From positions 6,745-70,744 of the forward strand of contig JAPDPT010000009.1 in the NCBI GenBank assembly GCA_034506315.1: a DNA stretch of 64,000 nt, written 5' to 3'. Every line of letters begins with the position of its first letter. Position 1 is the first letter of the stretch. The position numbers and the translations under genes are program-made. Shown in pieces: positions 1 to 7,654 of the stretch. The notes under the pieces were generated by a model, which was not told the origin of the DNA, did not search any database, and saw nothing but the letters and a program-made list of their open reading frames with translations. This DNA comes from Candidatus Zhuqueibacterota bacterium (lineage in GTDB: Bacteria > Zhuqueibacterota > Zhuqueibacteria > Oleimicrobiales > Geothermoviventaceae).

Positions 1-1
1 G

Positions 2-466
2 ACCAATTGCGATGGGGATTCCCTTCTCGAGATTGCCGACGCGGAGTGGGCCTTACCCTGTGACCTCCTGCCGGAGGGGCCCTATCGGGTGGTGGTGGAG
101 GCGCGCGACGCATCCGGAAACTCACGGGCCGTGGCAGATACCTTCTGGGTCCGAAAGCCGACCGGGCTTGGAGCCACGGAGACGCCCGCGGGTCCTCCGA
201 TGCCTATTCGACTGCAGATCATCCCGAATCCGGCCCGCAAGCGGGTCCGGATCGCGTGGACCTCAACGCTCCGGGGCCCGGCCCAGCTGCAGCTTTTCGA
301 CATCCGCGGCCGTCTTGTCCAGCAGAGGGTCTTGGCCTCGGGTTCGGGGGAGTATGTTTGGGACGGGACGGACGGGAGCGGAAGAAGGCTTCCGACCGGC
401 CTCTATCTTTGCCGCGTCCGCGTGGGTGGCTCCGAGAGCTTGGCTCGCCTCCTGTGGATCGACTAA
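2..466 (+). CDS. 3' part of a secreted/surface protein ending in a FlgD-Ig / T9SS-type C-terminal domain (5' end lies outside the window)
   Basis: Frame is open from base 2 to TAA at 464-466. C-terminus reads IIPNPA...LQLFDIRGRLV...VWDGTDGSGRRLPTGLYLCRV, the typical FlgD/Por-type CTD pattern. Confidence 0.7.
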   Translation, partial: TNCDGDSLLEIADAEWALPCDLLPEGPYRVVVEARDASGNSRAVADTFWVRKPTGLGATETPAGPPMPIRLQIIPNPARKRVRIAWTSTLRGPAQLQLFDIRGRLVQQRVLASGSGEYVWDGTDGSGRRLPTGLYLCRVRVGGSESLARLLWID

Positions 467-564
467 GGGAGATTGCGTGGACAGCTGGAGGCTCCCACAT
501 CGGGGGGTAGCGGGAAAAAAACGCCGGCGCAGCCGTCTCGGGGCTGTGGCGTACGAGAATGGCC

Positions 565-594
565 TTGCTTTGCTCGCACCGCGTTGGTTAACTT
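565..594 (+). promoter_or_regulatory. possible sigma-70 promoter for the sugar cluster
   Basis: TTGCTT, 18 bp, TAACTT, about 50 bp upstream of the AGGAGG-preceded ATG at 646; weak match. Confidence 0.3.
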
Positions 595-645
595 TGGCGC
601 CGGAGCGGGAGGACGGCAGGGTAGCTCAGTCTGTAGGAGGCCGAA

Positions 646-1590
646 ATGGCGAGTCGATGGGCCCGGCTGGCCGTAGGGGGGCTGGTCATGGTTCTGGCCG
701 CGGGGTGTGGCGGGCAGAAAACGAGCCCGAAGGGGAAGCGGATCGGCGTTTCCCTTCTGACGCGGGAGCACGTGTTCTACCGCGATCTGGAAGAGGCTCT
801 GGTGGACGAAGCGAAACGGCTCGGCTACGAACTGGTGGTCACCTCGGCAGATTTTGACCCCAATCGCCAGGCCTCTCAGGTGGAGGATTTCATTACCCGT
901 CGCGTCGACGCCATCGTCATTTGTCCGGTGAACTCGGCCAGCATTGGGCGTTCGGTGGAGGACGCCAATCGCGCAGGGATCCCGGTATTTACGGCTGACG
1001 TCGCCAGTCAGGGTGGTGAGGTGGTCTGCCATGTGGCCTCCGACAATGAGGCGGGGGGCCGTCTGGCGGGTGAGTATCTGGCCAAAGCCATCGGCTATCA
1101 GGGGAAGGTCGTGATCATCGACCATCCCGAGGCTACGTCCGTCTTGGACCGGGTGAAGGGGTTTGAGGAAGCGATTGCCAAGTACCCGGGCATCCGAATC
1201 GTCGCCAAACCGGACGGCGGCGCGGTGCGGGAGCGGGCAATGCAGGTGATGGAGGACATGCTTCAAGCGCACCCGGATGTCAAGGGGGTGTTCGGCATTA
1301 ACGACGATACGGCTCTGGGTGCGCTGGCGGCCATCGAAGCGGCCGGACGGGTGGATATCGTACTCGTAGGATACGACGCCACCCCCGACGCCCTGGCAGC
1401 CATCTTGCGGGGCAGTCCCCTGAAGGCCGACGTGGTTCAGCATCCCAAGGAAATCGGCCGCGTCACAATTCAGATGATCGACAAGTACTTCCGGGGAGAG
1501 AACGTGCCCAAAGTCGTTCCCATCCAGGTCGGCATTCTGGACCGCGAAACCCTCTTGCAGGAGCAGAAAAGCCACCAAGGTTCTTCGTGA
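646..1590 (+). CDS. sugar ABC transporter substrate-binding lipoprotein (RbsB/periplasmic-binding-protein type 1)
   Basis: AGGAGG RBS; lipobox LAAG-C; RbsB-like motifs (AGIPVFTAD, VASDNEAGGRLAGEYL, VFGINDDTALGA, VGYDAT). Confidence 0.9.
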   Translation: MASRWARLAVGGLVMVLAAGCGGQKTSPKGKRIGVSLLTREHVFYRDLEEALVDEAKRLGYELVVTSADFDPNRQASQVEDFITRRVDAIVICPVNSASIGRSVEDANRAGIPVFTADVASQGGEVVCHVASDNEAGGRLAGEYLAKAIGYQGKVVIIDHPEATSVLDRVKGFEEAIAKYPGIRIVAKPDGGAVRERAMQVMEDMLQAHPDVKGVFGINDDTALGALAAIEAAGRVDIVLVGYDATPDALAAILRGSPLKADVVQHPKEIGRVTIQMIDKYFRGENVPKVVPIQVGILDRETLLQEQKSHQGSS

Positions 1591-1647
1591 CGTTCCCCAC
1601 CTCGTGCGAGCGGAGTTTGTCCATTCTCACCAGCAGACGGAGGCGCG

Positions 1648-2595
1648 ATGGCCGAGTACGACGTGGTGTGCCTGGGACTGATGCTCACGGATATCCTTGC
1701 CCAGCCTCTCCGACGTGTACCAGATCCCGGACGCCTGGAGCTGGTGGATCGCATCGAGATGCACACGGGGGGCTGCGCCCTCAACACGGGACTGGCCCTG
1801 GCTCGCCTGGGAGCCCGGGTGGCGATGATGGGTCTCGTCGGGGAAGACGGGTTCGGTGACTTCGTGCTTCAGGAGATCCGGCGTGCCAACGCGGACTGGC
1901 GCTCGGTGCGCCGAACCAATGCCGCAGGGACCTCGGCAACCGTGGTTCTGGTGAGTCCCGAAGGCGAGCGCTCGTTTGTGCACACCCTTGGGGCCAATGC
2001 CTTACTGAGTCTGGAGCACGTGGACTTCGACGTGATCGCGCGTTCGCGCTTGCTCCACATCGGTAGTGTCGGCCTTCTACCCGCTCTGGATGGCGAACCC
2101 ATGGCGCAGGTCTTGCGCCGCGCCCGCGAGCTCGGCGTCTCGACCTCCCTCGATACGGTCTGGGACCCGATGGGACGCTGGCTCCGCATCGTAGAGCCGT
2201 GCCTTCCGTACGTCGATCTGTTCCTGCCGGCTCTGCACGAAGCGCGCGCCATCACCGGCCTCGAGGATCCCGAGGCGATCGCGCGCTTCTTCCTGAACCG
2301 CGGCCCCAAGGTGGTTGCTGTGAAGATGGGAGACCAGGGCTGCCTTGTGACCGACGGCCAGCAGTGGATCCGGGAACCCGCCTACGCCGTCAACGTAGTG
2401 GATACCACGGGCGCCGGCGACGCCTTTGTGGCCGGTTTCCTGATGGGGTGGTTGAAGGCCTGGCCCCTGCAGAAGGTGGCGCAGTTCGCCAATGCCGTAG
2501 GGGCCATGTGCGTAACGGCAATCGGCGCTACGCAGGGCGTACGCAGCCTCGAAGAAACGCTCGCGTTCATGGACAGCTACCAACGTGCGTCCTAA
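1648..2595 (+). CDS. PfkB/ribokinase-family carbohydrate kinase
   Basis: N-terminal GGCALNTGLALARLG and C-terminal DTTGAGDAFVAGFL PfkB signatures; GGAGG RBS. Confidence 0.9.
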   Translation: MAEYDVVCLGLMLTDILAQPLRRVPDPGRLELVDRIEMHTGGCALNTGLALARLGARVAMMGLVGEDGFGDFVLQEIRRANADWRSVRRTNAAGTSATVVLVSPEGERSFVHTLGANALLSLEHVDFDVIARSRLLHIGSVGLLPALDGEPMAQVLRRARELGVSTSLDTVWDPMGRWLRIVEPCLPYVDLFLPALHEARAITGLEDPEAIARFFLNRGPKVVAVKMGDQGCLVTDGQQWIREPAYAVNVVDTTGAGDAFVAGFLMGWLKAWPLQKVAQFANAVGAMCVTAIGATQGVRSLEETLAFMDSYQRAS

Positions 2596-3559
2596 CGAGG
2601 AGAGAGAATCACCACTTGCAACCCCCGGCGACGCCAGTCAGCCCGAAATCCTCCTGGTGGGTCGCTTCTGGCGGTGGACACCTGCGGACTACCGGACCTG
2701 CCTGGGCCTCCGACAGAAGGGGTATAGGCTCAGCGCCTTAGTGCTGACGGAGCCGGATTGGCCCCGCGAGTGGGCTCGGGAAGTTCAGGGGCTGCTTGTC
2801 AGCACGGGGCTTTTCCAGGATGTGCGTATCGTCGAGGATGAATCCGAGCTTGGCCGGCCCGTGGGCGAGAGGCCCCTCTACGCGTTCGATCGGCCGCTCG
2901 GCGACTCGGACTCCGCTGTGCCCGGGGTCGAGGAACTCCTGTTCGATACCCGGGACTTCGGCCCAAGGGCCCGGGAAATCTCCAGCCTTGCCGATGGCCT
3001 CACAGAAGCCAGGCACGGGGATCGGGACATCGATTGGAAGCCCCATTCCCTCCTGGAGGAGGTCCTGGACCAATTGCACGGCACCCATTTCGAACTCTGG
3101 CACCGAGAGGACGAAGCGCGGCGCCGAGACGTGCCCGACCGCACTGTGGCCGAGACCAAGCATCGCATCGATGAGCTGAATCAGCGGCGCAATGACCTGA
3201 TGGAACGGATGGACGAGGTGTTCCTCCAGCTTCTTCAGCAGTACGGGATATCCGGCCTGGGCCCGATCGGAGCCGAGTCCATCGGCAGTCTCTGCGACCG
3301 ACTGATCATCTGGAGCCTCAAGATCTACCACATGCGAGAGCAGGCCGAACGGAGGGATGTGACGGAAGATCACCGCGAGCGCGCCCGGAGCCGCCTGGAG
3401 GTACTGAGAAGCCAGAGGAAACACCTTGAGGACGCCTACGATGCACTCCGCCAGGATCTGCTGTTGGGAAGGAGAAGGCTGACTGTCTACCGGCAATTCA
3501 AGCTGTACAACGATCCGTCGACGAACCCGGCCCTCTACGCAAGGGGACGACAGCGATGA
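2585..3559 (+). CDS. DUF4254-domain protein with an ~150-aa N-terminal extra domain (start codon uncertain)
   Basis: C-half ELWHREDEAR...IDELNQRRNDL...ESIGSLCDRLIIWSLKIYHM...YRQFKLYNDP matches the recalled DUF4254 pattern; stop overlaps the pdxA ATG (ATGA). Confidence 0.7.
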   Translation: MRPNEERESPLATPGDASQPEILLVGRFWRWTPADYRTCLGLRQKGYRLSALVLTEPDWPREWAREVQGLLVSTGLFQDVRIVEDESELGRPVGERPLYAFDRPLGDSDSAVPGVEELLFDTRDFGPRAREISSLADGLTEARHGDRDIDWKPHSLLEEVLDQLHGTHFELWHREDEARRRDVPDRTVAETKHRIDELNQRRNDLMERMDEVFLQLLQQYGISGLGPIGAESIGSLCDRLIIWSLKIYHMREQAERRDVTEDHRERARSRLEVLRSQRKHLEDAYDALRQDLLLGRRRLTVYRQFKLYNDPSTNPALYARGRQR

Positions 3560-4566
3560 ACCCAGGGAACGATAAGCCCATCGTACTCTTGACGCTGGGG
3601 GATCCAGCGGGGGTGGGACCTGAGGTAGTGGCGAAGGCGCTCACGCACCCGCAAGTCCACGATGCTTGTTACCCGGTCGTCGTCGGCGACGCGCCTGTCC
3701 TGGAACGAGCGACGGTCTGGACCGGAGCGCGGTTACGCCTCCGCGTTCGGCAGGTCTTCGAGGTCCCGTCCGCGGAAGAGATTCTCGTGGTCGACACGCG
3801 CTCGGGCGGCGACGCTGCTCCTGTCGGCCGGGTATCTGCGGCCGGCGGGCGTGCCGCATTTGCTGCCCTGAAGACGGCCGTCACTCTCTGCCTGGAGAAC
3901 CACGGTGTGGCCATAGCCACGGCCCCGATCAACAAGGAGAGCTTGAAGGCGGCCGGTGTCCCTTACCTCGATCACACCGAGGCCCTGCAAAGGCTGACGG
4001 GAGCAGAGGCGGTATTCACCCTGTTTGTGACCGGCAACCTGAGGGTGTTTTTCCTCACCCGGCACGTTCCCTTTCGCGACATTCCCCACCAGATTCGGCG
4101 AGAGAGGATCGTCTCCTTCACGCGACAGTGCGTTGCGCAGTTGGCCCGACTGGGCTTCGCCAGTCCGCGGGTGGCGGTCGCCGCCCTCAACCCGCACGCG
4201 GGGGAGGGAGGCATGTTCGGGGACGAGGAGATCCGCGAGATCCGCCCAGCGGTGGAGGACTTGCAGCGGGAGGGCTACGACGTGCAGGGCCCGATCCCCG
4301 CAGACTCGGTCTTTCATCTGGCCAAGGAAGGCCATTTTGACGCCGTGATCTCCCTTTACCACGACCAGGGCCACATCGCCACCAAGACGCTGGATTTCCA
4401 CCGCACCGTAAGCCTGACTCTTGGCTTGCCCTTCCTCCGGAGCAGCGTCGATCACGGCACGGCCTTTGATCTCGCCGGCTCGGGCCAGGCCAACGAGTTG
4501 TCGATGGTGGAAGCGATCCTGGCGGCCGCAAGATATGGGCCCCCGTGGCGGTCCACGGCCAAGTAG
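3556..4566 (+). CDS. pdxA: 4-hydroxythreonine-4-phosphate dehydrogenase family (PdxA; probably the catabolic PdxA2 type)
   Basis: TLGDPAGVGPE, TAPINKE, ALNPHAGE, GPIPADSVF, LYHDQGH and RSSVDHGTAFD motifs. Confidence 0.92.
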   Translation: MNPGNDKPIVLLTLGDPAGVGPEVVAKALTHPQVHDACYPVVVGDAPVLERATVWTGARLRLRVRQVFEVPSAEEILVVDTRSGGDAAPVGRVSAAGGRAAFAALKTAVTLCLENHGVAIATAPINKESLKAAGVPYLDHTEALQRLTGAEAVFTLFVTGNLRVFFLTRHVPFRDIPHQIRRERIVSFTRQCVAQLARLGFASPRVAVAALNPHAGEGGMFGDEEIREIRPAVEDLQREGYDVQGPIPADSVFHLAKEGHFDAVISLYHDQGHIATKTLDFHRTVSLTLGLPFLRSSVDHGTAFDLAGSGQANELSMVEAILAAARYGPPWRSTAK

Positions 4567-4671
4567 CTTGCGAGCGGAACTTCGTGTTTTGGCCAGACCG
4601 CTGGCGACCCTGAACCGATAAGGCGCTCTCCATTCTAAGCCTTGGCGAAAATAGGCGCCCAGGAGTGCAAG

Positions 4672-5595
4672 ATGTCGTTTGTGCTCTGCGCGGGCCCGAA
4701 TCCCGCGCTCCAAAGGACCCTCCGGTTTCCCCAGCTGCAATGGGGCGAGGTCAATCGGGCTCGGCAGAAACAGGTCTCCGGTGGCGGCAAGGGCACGAAC
4801 GTGGCGCGCATTCTCGGTCAGCTCGGCCAGGCGGCCAGGCTCCTGACGTTCGTGGGAGGAGCTGTGGGGGACGAATTCCTGAGCGTGCTGGCTGTGGAGG
4901 GGGTCGAGGTTGTGCCTGTACGTACCGTGGCCTCTACCCGCGTCTGTTTCACCTTGATCGAGGACGAGGCGGGGCGACAAACGGAGATTGTGGAGGAAGC
5001 TGAGCCGGTCCGGGAGGAAGAGGTAGGGGCGTACCTCGAAACGTACAGGGAGCTGCTGCCTCAGGCCCGTGCCGTGGTTATTTCGGGAACGAGCCCTCCA
5101 GGCACTCCGGCGACCCTCTACGCCGAGCTTGTATCCCGTGCCCGCGAAGCGGGCTTGCCTGTGATCCTCGACGCTCCGGGTGAATTGCTCCTGCGGGGAG
5201 TCCAGGAGCGACCTCTTTTGGCTAAACCCAACCGGCGGGAACTCAGCGCCCTTTTCCCGGAACTCCCGCTGGAAGAACAGATGCGAAAATTGCTCGAGAT
5301 GGGGGCGCAGAACGTGCTGGTCACAGACGGCCCGCACCCGGCTTTCTTTCTCTCCTCCGACCGCAGGCTGCGGGTCGTTCCTCCGGAGGTGATCGCGGTC
5401 AATCCCATCGGCTCGGGGGACGCCGTGGCAGCTGGAATCGCCTTTGCCCTGCTCGCCGGCAAGGAACTGGTGGAGGCCGTACGATTTGGCATCGCCTGCG
5501 GCGTAGCCAACACCCAGACCCCTCTGGCTGGCCATCTGGACCCCGCCTGCGTCGAGCGCTTCTTCCCCCTGGTCTCGATCCGAGAGGATTACTGA
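4672..5595 (+). CDS. 1-phosphofructokinase/tagatose-6-phosphate kinase-family hexose kinase (PfkB)
   Basis: NPALQRT, GGKGTNVAR, LAKPNRREL and NPIGSGDA motifs; AGGAG RBS before the ATG at 4672. Confidence 0.88.
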   Translation: MSFVLCAGPNPALQRTLRFPQLQWGEVNRARQKQVSGGGKGTNVARILGQLGQAARLLTFVGGAVGDEFLSVLAVEGVEVVPVRTVASTRVCFTLIEDEAGRQTEIVEEAEPVREEEVGAYLETYRELLPQARAVVISGTSPPGTPATLYAELVSRAREAGLPVILDAPGELLLRGVQERPLLAKPNRRELSALFPELPLEEQMRKLLEMGAQNVLVTDGPHPAFFLSSDRRLRVVPPEVIAVNPIGSGDAVAAGIAFALLAGKELVEAVRFGIACGVANTQTPLAGHLDPACVERFFPLVSIREDY

Positions 5596-5949
5596 CCTGC
5601 CTTCGTTCAGCCTGCTTCTGGCCCTTCGGTCGCCCAGAAGCTTCCGGGGCAGGGTACCTTGCCTCGCGAAGGTCGGCGCCATTCCTCCGGCGAATCGGAT
5701 TGGCGGCTTGCCTCGACAGCCGATCTCAGGCGGCCAGAAGCGGGGGCTGGGAGGTTTCAGCGCAGGGGCTGAGTGTCGGAGGTATCGGACGGTGTGGAGG
5801 CAGGCGGGATCCGACACCGGAGGTGCGGAGGATCACTTTTCTTCACCCGGCGAGGGATCCTCAAGGGCTCTTGTTTGTTGAAATTGCAGAGCATCGGGTA
5901 CCGCTAACGCGCAGCGCGGTAGCCGTACCCGTTGCGGCAGTGCAGGGTA

Positions 5950-5978
5950 TTGTCGGAATTGAGGACGAGGGATAGAAT
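5950..5978 (+). promoter_or_regulatory. sigma-70 promoter for the ferritin-like/sigma genes
   Basis: TTGTCG, 17 bp, TAGAAT, about 53 bp upstream of the ATG at 6032. Confidence 0.55.
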
Positions 5979-6031
5979 GTTCCATACGTAAGGCAGGATT
6001 GATTTTTGCCGGGTGAGGAGGTGTTTGGGCA

Positions 6032-6529
6032 ATGGGGAAGGTGAAGATCCTGCGGCTGGAGATCCAGGAGGCTTTGAAGCACGCGATCCAAGTGGAGATG
6101 GACCTCACGCGTTTTTACGAGGCGGCAGTCAACCGAGCGGCCACTGCTCGGATGCGCGAGCTCTTGGAACGGATTTTAGCGGAAGAGCAAAAGCACCGCC
6201 TGTATTACGAGAAAACCTACGAGGAACTCACGGGCCACCGGATCCTGTACCTGAACGTCGACCCTCGGCGCAGGCTGGCGGAGGTTGTCCCCGTCGTGGA
6301 GGAGACGCAGGATCTGCTCGAGCAGGCGCTTCGGAATGAGGAGAAGGCGGCGGCCTTTTACGGGGAGGCGGCGCGTCTGGTTCCACCGGGATGGGTGCGG
6401 GCCAAATTTGAGGAGATGGCCGAGGTCGAGCGAGAGCACCAGGCGCTGCTTCGCTCTGGCACGGCCGAATCGGTGGGGACCGAGCGCACAAGTGAGGAGA
6501 AGCCGCGGGCCGCTGCCCATGCGGCGTAG
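6032..6529 (+). CDS. ferritin-like/rubrerythrin-family diiron protein (no rubredoxin domain)
   Basis: Two E..E-x-x-H repeats (EMDLTRFY..EEQKH; EEKAAAFY..EREH); GAGGAGG RBS. Confidence 0.8.
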   Translation: MGKVKILRLEIQEALKHAIQVEMDLTRFYEAAVNRAATARMRELLERILAEEQKHRLYYEKTYEELTGHRILYLNVDPRRRLAEVVPVVEETQDLLEQALRNEEKAAAFYGEAARLVPPGWVRAKFEEMAEVEREHQALLRSGTAESVGTERTSEEKPRAAAHAA

Positions 6530-6549
6530 TTCCTAACCGGGAGGGCAAG

Positions 6550-7407
6550 ATGCGGGGTGGGAGGCACAGGCAGGGAGGGGAAAGCCGATTCCTTAGAACG
6601 TATATCGAGGAGATCCACAAACGACCGCTGCTCAGCGTAGAGCAGGAGCGAGAACTGGCTCTGCGCGCCCGCCGCGGCGACCCCGAAGCGCTTCAAAAGC
6701 TTGTGGAGAGCAACCTGCGCTTTGTGGTCATGATCGCCAACGAATACCGAGACGCCGGATTGCCCATGCCTGATCTCATCAACGAGGGGAATCTGGGTCT
6801 GCTGGAGGCGGCGCGGCGCTACGATGTGACGCGCGGGGTCAAGTTCATCTCCTACGCGGTGTGGTGGATCCGACAAGCGATCCTCCAGGCCCTGGCCAGA
6901 TACAATCGGACGGTCCGCATCCCCGTCAATCACATCTGGGCCATTCAGAAGGTCGGGAGGGTCAGACAGCGTCTGCAGCAGAAACTCGGCCGCGACCCAA
7001 GCGCCGAGGAGGTAACTGCGGCGATGGATATTCGGACCTGGGGGCTGCAGAAGCGCTTGGCACGCCTCGGCCAGGGCCTGGAGCTGTCGCTGGATCGTCC
7101 TTTCGGCGGGGACTCCGACCTCACCTTGATGGACCGGCTTGGGTTGGTGGAGGACAGCGCTTCGAGTCCCACTTCCGAGGAGGAATTTCACACGGAACTC
7201 GAGGCCGTCCTCAAAACCCTTGAGCCCCGGGAAGCGGCGATCGTGAAGATGTTCTTCGGGATCGGCTACGAGCGTCCCCACACGCTTGTGGAAATCGGGA
7301 GCGTCCTGGGAATCAGTCGCGAACGGGTGCGCCAGTTGAAGAACCGGGCCATTACCAAACTTCGCCACGGTTCGCGTCAGAGCCGGCTGCGAGCCTTCCT
7401 GGGGTAG
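6550..7407 (+). CDS. RNA polymerase sigma-70 factor, short RpoD/SigA-like form lacking region 1.1
   Basis: Region 1.2 YIEEIHKRPLL; region 2 NLRFVV..DLINEGNLGL..KFISYAVWWIRQAI; region 4 TLVEIG..SRERVRQ. Confidence 0.92.
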   Translation: MRGGRHRQGGESRFLRTYIEEIHKRPLLSVEQERELALRARRGDPEALQKLVESNLRFVVMIANEYRDAGLPMPDLINEGNLGLLEAARRYDVTRGVKFISYAVWWIRQAILQALARYNRTVRIPVNHIWAIQKVGRVRQRLQQKLGRDPSAEEVTAAMDIRTWGLQKRLARLGQGLELSLDRPFGGDSDLTLMDRLGLVEDSASSPTSEEEFHTELEAVLKTLEPREAAIVKMFFGIGYERPHTLVEIGSVLGISRERVRQLKNRAITKLRHGSRQSRLRAFLG

Positions 7408-7574
7408 TCCGGACCCTGTAGCTCAAGCCTCACCGAAGAATCACGAAGAAGCCTGCGCTTGGTCGTCCCGAGCCGGCCCATGCGGGAGGCGCGGGCGGCT
7501 GTTCGCCATGGTAGGGAAAGACTTCCTTCAGCTTCTTCGTGCCTGGACCTAGGTGGGGAAAGGGCCTATTGCCC

Positions 7575-7603
7575 TTGATTTTTCATCCCGCTTTTGGTAC
7601 CAT
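7575..7603 (+). promoter_or_regulatory. sigma-70 promoter (extended -10) for the MBL hydrolase, overlapped by a 28-bp palindrome
   Basis: TTGATT, 17 bp, TACCAT with a TGn extension; palindrome at 7585-7612. Confidence 0.55.
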
Positions 7604-7654
7604 TAGCGGGATTGATCGGATCGTGTCTGGGGTCCTGGGAAGCGGGAGAAGTCC

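Noticed and set aside
612-660. tRNA-like 5' end (GGCAGGGTAGCTCAGTCTGTAG)
   Set aside because: The D-stem does not close, there is no anticodon or T arm and no acceptor 3' strand; the segment runs into the RBS and ATG of the binding protein.
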